A DNA stretch of 64,000 bases from Helicobacter sp. MIT 00-7814 (lineage in GTDB: Bacteria > Campylobacterota > Campylobacteria > Campylobacterales > Helicobacteraceae). A program made the translations under genes and the position numbers. The DNA lies in assembly GCF_003364115.1 (NCBI RefSeq), contig NZ_NXLL01000007.1, positions 18,373 through 82,372 of the forward strand. Direction: 5' to 3'. Below the pieces are notes generated by a model. The model did no database searches. It saw only the letters and a program-made list of their open reading frames with translations, and had not been told where the DNA came from. Numbering within the stretch: the stretch's first letter is position 1; each line of letters starts with the position of its first letter. Positions 1-8,211 of the stretch are shown one piece after another.

Positions 1-191
1 TCTCACTTGAATATGTGATTTAAGTAAGAATTAAAAGCGTGCTTTTGGCGCGCTTGCGCTTAGTTAAAATTTTTGAATTGTGGAGAATCTAGCGGAGATT
101 CTCTAAACTTCAGAAATTTTTTAAATCTGTAAGATTTTAAGGAATTTCTGACGCCTTTAGTTAGGTGTAAGGAAAAATTTAAGGAGAAATT

Positions 192-731
192 ATGAGTAAT
201 CAAAAACCAGTAGCAACGAGCTGCACGAGATTAGATCCGATTGATAAGGCAGGATTAGAAGCTTTGATAAAAGATGGCAAGGCAAATCCAGATGTGATAA
301 AAACGCTCAAATGTAAAACCGTCGCAGAGGGGCGTTTCCGCCATGCGAACTATATCCGCAACCTCCCAGCTTACATTGTCGATGAGCCACCAACCTTGCT
401 TGGCGATGACACCGCGCCAAACCCTAGCGAAGCGGTGTTAGCAGCGCTTGGAAGCTGTTTGGCTGTGGGGATTCACGCAAATGCAATCGCGCAAGATATT
501 GTCATCACAAAGCTTGAATTGGAATTGGAAGGTGATTTAAACATTACCGCTGTTTGGGGCACGGGCGATCTTTCAAAAGACAAACCGCTAGGCTTTACGC
601 AGGTGCGTGTGAAAGTGATTTTAGAATCTAATGCCTCAAAACAAAAGCAAGATGAGCTCATCGCGCATGCGACGAAGTATTCCCCGGTGGCAAACACTAT
701 CTTGCGCGCGGTAGATTTGGATATACAATAA
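192..731 (+). CDS. OsmC/Ohr-family (organic hydroperoxide resistance / peroxiredoxin-like) protein
   Basis: 179-aa ORF with AAGGAG RBS; size and conserved Cys-containing segment (LGSCLAVG) typical of OsmC-like proteins; call from family-level resemblance only. Confidence 0.55.
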   Translation: MSNQKPVATSCTRLDPIDKAGLEALIKDGKANPDVIKTLKCKTVAEGRFRHANYIRNLPAYIVDEPPTLLGDDTAPNPSEAVLAALGSCLAVGIHANAIAQDIVITKLELELEGDLNITAVWGTGDLSKDKPLGFTQVRVKVILESNASKQKQDELIAHATKYSPVANTILRAVDLDIQ

Positions 732-1801
732 TGTCCGCGCAGATAAACGCGCTAGATTCCGAGCTTTTGCAAAATGCGCTTGCGGGCTTAAAAAGCGAGC
801 GTGCAAAAATCCACGCCGGAAGCTACCCTAGCGAGATTTTACACGCATTTGGCAAGGCTGGGCTGTATGAACCCTTTGCCAAAAACGGCGCAAAAGGCTT
901 GCAAGAAGCGCTTCTTAGCGTGCAAAAAGTTTCAGAATCTTGCGGAAATAGTGGCTTTTGCGTGTGGTGTCATCAAGCGCTTTTGTGGTATTTACTAAAC
1001 TCTGCGAATAAAACTAGCGCGCAAAAGGAGCTTTTCTCAAAGCTTGCAAGCGGGGAAATACTCGGTGGCACGGGGCTTTCAAATCCACTCAAAGCTTTTG
1101 TAGGCTTAGATAAAATGCGCCTAAGTGCAAAGCGCGTAGAGGGCGGATTTATCATCAATGGCACTTTAGCATGGGTGTCAAATCTAGCGCCCGGGCATTA
1201 TTTTGCCTTTATCGCGGAGGTTGAAAATTCTAAGGATTCTCAACCATGTCCGCCAAAGCCCAAAGAATGCATTATGGCGCTGGCGTGCTGTGAGGGCGCG
1301 CTTAAACTAAAGCCAACCACGCCTTTTTGCGCGCTGGAGGGCTCGGGGACTTATGCCACGCAGTTTAGGGATTATTTTGTGAGTGAAAAAATGGTGCTAG
1401 CAAGCCCGGCAAGCGCGATGATTCCAAAGATTAACGCGGGGTTTGTGCTGCTACAATGTGGCATGGGGCTAGGTATGAGTGAAGGCGCGATAAGGGCGAT
1501 GCAAAGAAACTGCCACAATAAAGCGCGCGTGCAAACGCTCTGTGCGCAAAAAGAAAAGTTAGAGCAAAGAGTGGCGAAAATCGCGCAAAACCCTTACGCA
1601 AAAGGTGCTTTTAGTGCGTCATTGCGCGCGAAGCTTGCAATTATCAAGCTTTTAAATGAGCTAGTCACTCTTTGTGTTTTGCAAAATGGCGCTAGCGGGT
1701 ATTTCCAAGGCGCGTATGCGAGCAAACTTCTTTTGGAATCTGCATTTTTTGGGATTGTAAGCCCAAGCCAAGGGCATATACAAAAGATTTTGGAAGCTTA
1801 G
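731..1801 (+). CDS. flavin-dependent oxidoreductase of acyl-CoA dehydrogenase-like fold (tentative)
   Basis: 356-aa ORF translationally coupled to upstream gene (ATAATG overlap); weak resemblance to ACAD-type N-terminal/middle domains; no firm motif. Confidence 0.3.
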   Translation: MSAQINALDSELLQNALAGLKSERAKIHAGSYPSEILHAFGKAGLYEPFAKNGAKGLQEALLSVQKVSESCGNSGFCVWCHQALLWYLLNSANKTSAQKELFSKLASGEILGGTGLSNPLKAFVGLDKMRLSAKRVEGGFIINGTLAWVSNLAPGHYFAFIAEVENSKDSQPCPPKPKECIMALACCEGALKLKPTTPFCALEGSGTYATQFRDYFVSEKMVLASPASAMIPKINAGFVLLQCGMGLGMSEGAIRAMQRNCHNKARVQTLCAQKEKLEQRVAKIAQNPYAKGAFSASLRAKLAIIKLLNELVTLCVLQNGASGYFQGAYASKLLLESAFFGIVSPSQGHIQKILEA

Positions 1802-1804
1802 TCC

Positions 1805-1915
1805 TTGTGTCACTTGTGCGGGGTTTTGTCCGCACAAGTTCCGATCCTATTCCTTCAATTAGTATCGTCTGCGTGGAAACGAATCGCACTTCGCCTCCGC
1901 TTCGCGCGCATACTC
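1805..1915. repeat. GC-rich palindromic repeat element (hairpin 1812-1821/1830-1839 plus conserved tail gaatcgcacttcgcctccgcttcgcgcgcatactc)
   Basis: perfect 10-bp inverted repeat acttgtgcgg/ccgcacaagt; related copies at 54425-54530, 19840-19875, 20670-20715. Confidence 0.5.
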
Positions 1916-1970
1916 TATCTTTTTTAATTAATGAGATTGTGAGATTCTATCGCCTTAGCTTAAAATCCAC

Positions 1971-2672
1971 TTATTTGCGCTTTTTGATTTCTGCGATACT
2001 TTCTACCACCACGCCCACGATGAGATTTAGCACGATAAAATTTGTAATGCAAATAAAGCTCACAAACACTGCCCACGCCCAATGATATTCCGCCATTACC
2101 GGGCGCACGATTCCCATCGACCAAGATTCTAGCGTCATTATTTGGAATAGCGTATAAAAGCTCTCCCCCAGACTTCCAAACCAATCCGGGAACTTCTCGC
2201 CAAAAAGATTCACACACAAAACCCCATAAGTGTAGTAAAACACCACAAGAAGCGCGAGAATCCCAAGCATTGAAGGCAGAGTATTTAGCATAGCAGAAGA
2301 GATAAGGCGCATTGATGGGATAACGCTAAGCAAGCGGAAAACTCGTATCACGCGCAATGCTCTAAGCACAGATATACCATTGCCCGCCGCCACGCTCACA
2401 ATGACGATAATAAAATCAAACCAATTCCACCCGCTCTCTTTGCCTATGAAAAATCTAAATCCATACGCCATTATGCGCGCCAAAATTTCTACTACAAAAA
2501 TCACCAAACATACACTATCAACGCCGCTAAGCACCGCACCAAAGCGCGCGCTTACAGGCTGTATCGTATCAAGCCCCAAAGTAAGCGCGTTTAAAAGAAT
2601 TATGCTAGTGATAAAAATACTCCACTTAGTGGATTCCAATATGCGTCTAAGCCATGAAAAACACTCAAGCAT
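1971..2672 (-). CDS. NaChBac-family prokaryotic voltage-gated sodium channel (single 6-TM domain)
   Basis: S4 voltage sensor with Arg every third residue (LRALRVIRVFRLLSVIPSMRL); pore/selectivity filter FQIMTLESWSMGIVRP nearly identical to NaChBac/NavAb TLESWSM; WNWFDF S3 motif; ends right after S6 (no C-terminal coiled coil). Confidence 0.9.
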   Translation of the reverse strand: MLECFSWLRRILESTKWSIFITSIILLNALTLGLDTIQPVSARFGAVLSGVDSVCLVIFVVEILARIMAYGFRFFIGKESGWNWFDFIIVIVSVAAGNGISVLRALRVIRVFRLLSVIPSMRLISSAMLNTLPSMLGILALLVVFYYTYGVLCVNLFGEKFPDWFGSLGESFYTLFQIMTLESWSMGIVRPVMAEYHWAWAVFVSFICITNFIVLNLIVGVVVESIAEIKKRK

Positions 2673-2680
2673 AAAGCCCC

Positions 2681-3040
2681 CTAGTTTTGTATCGCTACTA
2701 TTATGAAAAACACCACGACTACTAGCGCGATGATTTTGCCAATTTTCGTGGATAGGATTTTGCCAAGGATATTGCCTAGTATTTCTCCGCCTGCCATTCC
2801 TGCGCTAAACGCATCGGGATTAGATTTTCTTGCGTTAAGCAGTTTTGTTGTGGTGCCATCGTTAAAAGTGATAAGCAAGATTCCACCATCTGAATCAAAT
2901 CTACTTCTGCTTATCTCTCGTCTGCCGCTTTCGTCCATATAAGAGTAGCTAGCGACTTTTTCATAAACGCGCTGTGAGCCGTTTCCTTGAGTTATGATGA
3001 GTTTTGAGCCTTGTTGTGTGATATTTTTTATTGTTGCCAT
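2681..3040 (-). CDS. hypothetical small protein with C-terminal transmembrane anchor
   Basis: 119-aa ORF, hydrophobic C-terminus (IIALVVVVFFIIVAI); 8 nt upstream of channel gene on same strand. Confidence 0.4.
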   Translation of the reverse strand: MATIKNITQQGSKLIITQGNGSQRVYEKVASYSYMDESGRREISRSRFDSDGGILLITFNDGTTTKLLNARKSNPDAFSAGMAGGEILGNILGKILSTKIGKIIALVVVVFFIIVAIQN

Positions 3041-3076
3041 TGTTTGTTCCTTTCAAATGTGGCGTATCAAGTGGGA

Positions 3077-3739
3077 TTATTGAAATTTATACAAAAGGAT
3101 TTTGTCCTGCATTTGGTTGTAAGATTCTATGTCGCCGAGCTGGAAATACATTTTTGCTAGCTCTTGGAGTTGCTCTATATTTGGCGCAGTTTGAGCTGTA
3201 TTTTGGCTAGCTCCATTTTGACTATTTGGCGCGTTTTTATCCAAATCTTTTTCTATATCCTTTAGCACTTGCAAGGCTTTGGCAGTATCGATTGTTTGTG
3301 TTTCATCTTGCGTGCCTTGTGTGGAATCTAGCCCATCTAATTTAGAATCTAGCCCGCTTTTATCTTGCGCTTTTTGCGTTTCTTTGGCATAGATTTTGGT
3401 TAGATTCTGCTTTGGTAGCAAGGATATGAGCGCATTTTTATCTTTTGTGAGATCATTTTGAAGCTGTGAGATTCTGATACTTTCTAGCTTTGGATCGTTT
3501 TGCTTGAGGTGCGCTAGGAGTTGCGATCGCGCATAGATTCGCGCGCGTGCTTGTCCTTTGGCGTCAGCCTTATCCACAATAGGCGTGCAAATCACAAAAT
3601 ATTCCTGCCCCTCCAATGCTTGCTCTAATACCTTAGAATCCTTGCCCTCACATATTTGCTTAGCCTTTTCAAGTGGCGCGCCTTGCAATATCGCTACTTG
3701 CGCGCAAAGTAAAAGCGTGCAAATCCTAGAAGTCTTCAT
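3077..3739 (-). CDS. hypothetical secreted protein (signal peptide, Q/D-rich C-terminal half)
   Basis: ORF 3077-3772; start moved to Met12 (3739) where a signal peptide MKTSRICTLLLCAQVAILQG begins and overlap with upstream gene is removed; start choice uncertain. Confidence 0.45.
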   Translation of the reverse strand: MKTSRICTLLLCAQVAILQGAPLEKAKQICEGKDSKVLEQALEGQEYFVICTPIVDKADAKGQARARIYARSQLLAHLKQNDPKLESIRISQLQNDLTKDKNALISLLPKQNLTKIYAKETQKAQDKSGLDSKLDGLDSTQGTQDETQTIDTAKALQVLKDIEKDLDKNAPNSQNGASQNTAQTAPNIEQLQELAKMYFQLGDIESYNQMQDKILLYKFQ

Positions 3740-4232
3740 ATTTTTTGCTTGGCTTTTTTGGTTTCGCGTCACGATTCCAGCCTAGTGTCACGCGCACGAC
3801 TTTTGAGCTTTTATTTACCTGCGCTTTTATCGTTACGACATTTTTGAGTATGGCTTGAGATTGTGAGCTGATATTTTGCGTGAGCGTATCGACATCTTTT
3901 TTGCTGACACTTGCTTCGCCTTCAGAGCTTTGCTCGCTTAGGATTTTGCTTAGTTGTTCTTGGGACTCTTGAGATTTGATATCCTCGCTTAGGTATTTGC
4001 TGATATAGGCTTTGGCGGATAGCTCGGCTTTGGTGGTGGCTTGGCGTATATCTTTGGCATCACCAAAGTGATAGCTTGCCTCGCCGATAGAGATGATACG
4101 CGTGATTTCTTTAGTCTGCGGGTTTATGACGATTTCATTTCTTTGCACACCTAGCGTTTGCATATCTTCAAAGTCATCAGCGAGCCCTACGCTCACACAG
4201 CATATTAAAAGTAAAGAAAGAAGTTTTTTCAT
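3726..4232 (-). CDS. putative lipoprotein, possibly LPP20-like
   Basis: AAGGAG RBS; signal peptide with Cys (LLLICCVSVG); 168 aa, size/composition reminiscent of Helicobacter Lpp20-family lipoproteins; family call tentative. Confidence 0.45.
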   Translation of the reverse strand: MKKLLSLLLICCVSVGLADDFEDMQTLGVQRNEIVINPQTKEITRIISIGEASYHFGDAKDIRQATTKAELSAKAYISKYLSEDIKSQESQEQLSKILSEQSSEGEASVSKKDVDTLTQNISSQSQAILKNVVTIKAQVNKSSKVVRVTLGWNRDAKPKKPSKKYEDF

Positions 4233-4255
4233 GGTTTTGTCTCCTTGAGTGTTTT

Positions 4256-5455
4256 TTATTGTTTTTTGAGCGAAAATGAAGCTTTTATTTCACTAAGCTT
4301 TTTTACCTCCTCTTGTGTGAGATAAACTACCACCATAATATCTGGCGCATCTACGAGGAATTTACCGCCATAAGGCACTAGGAATCTATTTGGCTCATAG
4401 TTTCGTGCTGCGTTATATTCCTCCTCGCTAAACTTTTCCAATTTATGCTTATTTACATGAGCTACAGCATCATTTCCTTCTGCTGGATTCTCTTGAAAAT
4501 AATTAGGAGTAAAAAATCTTTTTGCAGGTGGGAATTCTTTATTATTTGCATCAAAAAATCTCACCTGTAGTTTTCCATAGTCAAATTTATTTAACTCTGA
4601 TTGCACATAGTTTTGAAACAAATCATTAATCCTTAGACTCCACAATACCTGCACTGCTGGCGCAAGGGTATAAAATCTCACAACGCTAGCACTGCGAATT
4701 CCGCCTATCCCAAAAAAGCTATAAGGAGCCCGACAGCCTCCATTGCTTTCACTCTCACTACTATCGCAAACCTGCCCTGCACTAGAGAGAAGCTTTTTCA
4801 CACCTTCTAGGTAGCCCTTTTGATATTTGATGCTTAATGTAAGCACATAGGCTTTATATTTGGGATCTTTTGGCATTTTAAAGGTATAGCACCAATACAC
4901 CTCATCGCGGCAATATTGATAAATCTCCGTAAGCTCTAATGGATCAAATTTCAAAATCTTTGTCTCCCATGCCTCGCCACTTTTTAGCGGCTCTATAACA
5001 GTAGCTTGGAATGCCTCTTGGAAGTTTTCTGCTTTTTTGTGGCTTTCATCGACATAGACTTTGAAAGTCCCAGAGTTCATATCTTTGACATCGACATTGA
5101 GATCTTTTAGCACGCCTACAAGCTTGCCATCTTCTATTTCTACTTGCGCTTTGACTTCATAGAGCCCATGCTGATTTTTATTAGCTGAAAGCTGTTTATA
5201 GTCCAGCACATACGCATTGCTAAAGCCGATTATTTTTTCATTGAGATTCTCATCTTCTAGCACTTGTTTGGTGCGGACGTATTCGCCCATAGATTCTCGC
5301 ACGGCGTTGGCTATGGCATCTTTTTTAGCAGCTTCTACGCTTTCACCTATGCCAATAGATTCTGTCGTTATGCTAGCGTTGAGTCCTTGCAGAAAAACAA
5401 AGGCAAAAAGACAGGCGCATATTTGCGCGCGGAATGTTTGATAAATAGTTTTCAT
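4256..5455 (-). CDS. hypothetical secreted protein (399 aa)
   Basis: AAGGAG RBS overlapping stop codon of upstream DUF285 gene (translational coupling); N-terminal signal peptide; no recognisable domain. Confidence 0.5.
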   Translation of the reverse strand: MKTIYQTFRAQICACLFAFVFLQGLNASITTESIGIGESVEAAKKDAIANAVRESMGEYVRTKQVLEDENLNEKIIGFSNAYVLDYKQLSANKNQHGLYEVKAQVEIEDGKLVGVLKDLNVDVKDMNSGTFKVYVDESHKKAENFQEAFQATVIEPLKSGEAWETKILKFDPLELTEIYQYCRDEVYWCYTFKMPKDPKYKAYVLTLSIKYQKGYLEGVKKLLSSAGQVCDSSESESNGGCRAPYSFFGIGGIRSASVVRFYTLAPAVQVLWSLRINDLFQNYVQSELNKFDYGKLQVRFFDANNKEFPPAKRFFTPNYFQENPAEGNDAVAHVNKHKLEKFSEEEYNAARNYEPNRFLVPYGGKFLVDAPDIMVVVYLTQEEVKKLSEIKASFSLKKQ

Positions 5456-5471
5456 TAGCGCTCCTTAGCGA

Positions 5472-7337
5472 TTATATGCGTCTTTTAAATTCTCTTACGC
5501 ATGACTCGTTGCGACCACAGCGCTTGCATCGATAATAGTCTTTTTCTTCACCAACTTTGTAGCTTACTCTTCTATAACTACCATCGCTTTGCTTCTCATC
5601 TTGGGTGATAATATTTTCACTCAATAACTCCGTCTTTACGAGTTTCCAGCAAAAATAGTTTCCACAGGATTCGCAGTAAGTATCACCTTTAATGCCGTAA
5701 AATACACCAACTATAGAAAGCACGATTAAAATCGCCCAAATGGTGAAAAATAATTCTTCTGAATATGCAACTCCAAAATATTTTAAAATTGCAACAATAA
5801 GCAATGTAAGGAAAAACCCAACTAAACCGCCTACGAGGATACCTCCTCCCAAAAATGACACGAGTATAGTGCCAAACCTAGTAGAAGTGCGATACTTCCA
5901 ATCTATTTTTTTAGTATTAGCGCGCTGTTTTTTCATTCGTGCTTCTTTTTTGTATTCTGGGGAGCTTATGTCATCTTGCTTGAAGCTTGTCGCACCTTCA
6001 AACATATTCTTCATACTCAAAACTTTGCTTACATTCCATTTATTAAGTGGTTGATTAAAGCTTGTCGCACCTGCAAACATATGTCCCATATTTATAACAC
6101 TACTTACATTCCATTTATTAAGTGGTTGATTAAAGCTTGCCGCATCCGAAAACATAAGAGACATATGTGCAACATTGCTTGTATCCCAATTATTAAGTGG
6201 TTGGTTGAAGCTTTTGGCGCGCTTAAACATACCAGTCATACCTGTAACACTACTTACATTCCATTTATTAAGTGGTTGATTGAAATTTTCCACACCTGAA
6301 AACATAAGCCCCATATCTGTAACACTACTTACATCCCATTTATCAAGTGGTTGATTAAAGCTTGTCGCACCTGCAAACATACACTGCATATCTGTAACAC
6401 TACTTACATTCCAATTATTAAGCGGTTGATTGAAGCTTTTGGCACTCATAAACATACTATTCATATCTGTAACACTACTTACATCCCAATTATCAAGTGG
6501 TTGATTGAAATATTCTGCATTCTCAAACATACTACTCATATCTGTAACATTACTTACATCCCAAGTCTCTATACCGCTAAAGTCCTTGCGCTTGCTCTCT
6601 TTGAAAAGCTCGCTCATATTAGTGATAGCGCTTGTATCAATATCTGCTAATGAGACATCTTCATCAAAAGCTAAAACTTTTAATACTATAGGGCTAGTTG
6701 GCTTATATTTTCCATTAATTTTTTGAAACCCTTTATTAAACCAGCTAGGGAGGCTCTGCATACCGCTAGATTCAAACATATCTTTTGCAGATATTGCTTT
6801 AACATTCCAGCTTTCAAGATTTTGATTGAAGTTTGTAGCATCCTTAAATATAAGAGCCATATCCATAACTTTGCTTACATTCCATTTATCAAGTGGTTGG
6901 TTAAAGCTTGTTGCACTCATAAATATACCTCTAATTTCTGCAACATTGCTTGTATTCCAATTGTTAAGTGGCTGGTTAAAGCTCGTTGCATGCGCAAACA
7001 TACCTTTCATATTTGTAACATTACTTATATCCCAAGAATTAAGCGGCTGATTAAAGCTTTTCGCATCTGCAAACATAAGAGACATATCTGTAACACTACT
7101 TACATCCCAAGAATCAAGTGGTTGGTTAAAGCTTGTTGTACCCGCAAACATAAACTTCATATTTGTAACATTACTTACATCCCAAGTCTCTATACCGCTA
7201 AAGTCCTTGCGCTTGCTCTCTTTGAAAAGTTCGCTCATATCAGTGATAGCACTTGTATCAATATCTCCTAAGTAGATACTTTCATCATTAACTAGATTTT
7301 GTAGTTCTTCTTTTGAGGTGGGTTTGTATTTTGCCAT
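5472..7337 (-). CDS. DUF285 (BspA-type / Mycoplasma-type leucine-rich repeat) protein with internal module duplication, two predicted TM helices and C-terminal C4 zinc ribbon
   Basis: about 12 copies of the ~26-aa repeat F..A..FNQPL..WdVS.VT.M..MF; residues 1-215 and 215-430 are near-duplicates (both contain IDTSAITDMSELFKESKRKDFSGIETWDVSNVT); hydrophobic stretches then CESCGNYFC...CKRCGRNESC; no signal peptide. Confidence 0.7.
   Translation of the reverse strand: MAKYKPTSKEELQNLVNDESIYLGDIDTSAITDMSELFKESKRKDFSGIETWDVSNVTNMKFMFAGTTSFNQPLDSWDVSSVTDMSLMFADAKSFNQPLNSWDISNVTNMKGMFAHATSFNQPLNNWNTSNVAEIRGIFMSATSFNQPLDKWNVSKVMDMALIFKDATNFNQNLESWNVKAISAKDMFESSGMQSLPSWFNKGFQKINGKYKPTSPIVLKVLAFDEDVSLADIDTSAITNMSELFKESKRKDFSGIETWDVSNVTDMSSMFENAEYFNQPLDNWDVSSVTDMNSMFMSAKSFNQPLNNWNVSSVTDMQCMFAGATSFNQPLDKWDVSSVTDMGLMFSGVENFNQPLNKWNVSSVTGMTGMFKRAKSFNQPLNNWDTSNVAHMSLMFSDAASFNQPLNKWNVSSVINMGHMFAGATSFNQPLNKWNVSKVLSMKNMFEGATSFKQDDISSPEYKKEARMKKQRANTKKIDWKYRTSTRFGTILVSFLGGGILVGGLVGFFLTLLIVAILKYFGVAYSEELFFTIWAILIVLSIVGVFYGIKGDTYCESCGNYFCWKLVKTELLSENIITQDEKQSDGSYRRVSYKVGEEKDYYRCKRCGRNESCVREFKRRI
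5740..7271. repeat. coding periodic repeat array (~78-bp DUF285 units) with higher-order ~620-bp direct duplication
   Basis: e.g. 6551-6665 vs 7176-7285 nearly identical; generates long spurious antisense ORFs. Confidence 0.7.
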
Positions 7338-7340
7338 GTT

Positions 7341-7967
7341 TTATCCTTTGTTATAAACTTTGCATTTTTCTTTATTTGCTTTGACATAATCGATAAAGTT
7401 TTGCACATCCTCTGCCTCTGTAATTTCGCCATAGCAAGTTTGCCTCTCTGGGAGATTTGGGCGGATATTTTCAGGGATGCTAAGCGCATTTTTAGGGCCA
7501 AAGTAGTAAAACTCCTCGCACACTAGCACAAAAAGTGATTTCAAATCATGTGTTTTATCATCATCATGTGATTGACATCCCGCATTATTATGTGAGCAAT
7601 CTGAACCTGCTTCACCATTTGAAGGGTGATTTTTATTTGGAAAAACTTTAAAGCCTTGTGGTTCGTCTGCGCTAGGCTCATAAATATTATCACCTTGCGT
7701 GTTGGTGGCATCCGGGCGCTTTTGTGGGTAAGATTCCCAATACTCGGCAAAAGTTAGCCTTTTGGTGATTTTGGCTAGGTAGATGAGCTTTTCTTTTCCT
7801 ATTTCTGAGCCATCAAGTGTTTTGGAGCTAAAGCCCGCTATCCACTCGCCAACTTTCGCCACCTCTCTAATATATGGCTTGCAAGTAGCAAGAGTAAGCA
7901 CGCCAAAATCATAATTTGGCGCAAATCCACTATCTACGGTCATTTTATATGAACGAAGTAAGGACAC
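7341..7967 (-). CDS. conserved hypothetical protein (N-terminal motif DSGFAPNYDFGVLTLATCKP; possibly Nmad2-like nucleotide-modification-associated domain)
   Basis: 208-aa ORF, GTG start at 7967 preceded by AGGAGG; 3-nt gap to DUF285 gene; family assignment from memory only. Confidence 0.4.
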   Translation of the reverse strand: MSLLRSYKMTVDSGFAPNYDFGVLTLATCKPYIREVAKVGEWIAGFSSKTLDGSEIGKEKLIYLAKITKRLTFAEYWESYPQKRPDATNTQGDNIYEPSADEPQGFKVFPNKNHPSNGEAGSDCSHNNAGCQSHDDDKTHDLKSLFVLVCEEFYYFGPKNALSIPENIRPNLPERQTCYGEITEAEDVQNFIDYVKANKEKCKVYNKG

Positions 7968-8013
7968 AGAACCTCCTAATTTATAAAATTAGCAAAAAAG
8001 AAGTCGCATTATG

Positions 8014-8023
8014 CCCCCCCCCC
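8014..8023. repeat. homopolymeric C10 tract (G10 on the minus/coding side) in promoter region of the 7967-1971 gene cluster
   Basis: minus strand reads TTTAATAAGGGGGGGGGGCATAATGCGAC...ATTAGGAGGTTCTGTG; tract abuts a CATAAT -10-like hexamer ~47 nt upstream of the GTG start. Confidence 0.85.
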
Positions 8024-8211
8024 TTATTAAACTTTACTTAAAAAAGCAAAACACAAGAGAATTTTTTTTAAAAAAATGTAGTTTTAGATTTTTGGGAGAT
8101 TTTTAGAAGTTTGGAATTGTGTGGGGAAAAATAAATTTAAAAAAAGGGATTAGTTCTTTTTCACTATTTTTTTTTACTATTTTAGGAATTTATGAAGCAA
8201 AAATTATTTTT

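Noticed and set aside
1807-2217. ORFs 1807-2085 (+) and 1960-2217 (-) overlapping the sodium-channel gene
   Set aside because: Alternative frames of a gene with a strong family signature (NaChBac motifs); no independent support.
5740-7271. Long plus-strand ORFs (5740-6054, 5976-6299, 6351-6650, 6723-7271, 6826-7050) with repeating CNTTYIPFIKWLIKACR-like peptides
   Set aside because: They are antisense to the DUF285 repeat gene. Their periodicity mirrors the coding repeats on the opposite strand, they have no RBS, and their Cys/Ile/Lys-rich composition is a by-product of the repeat. They are not genes and not a CRISPR array, since there are no unique spacers and the period equals the protein repeat.
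8161-8180. T10 homopolymer and A/T runs in 8040-8200
   Set aside because: A/T homopolymers are common in AT-rich intergenic DNA of this lineage and lie in the terminator/promoter spacer. They were not counted as contingency tracts, unlike the G/C tracts.
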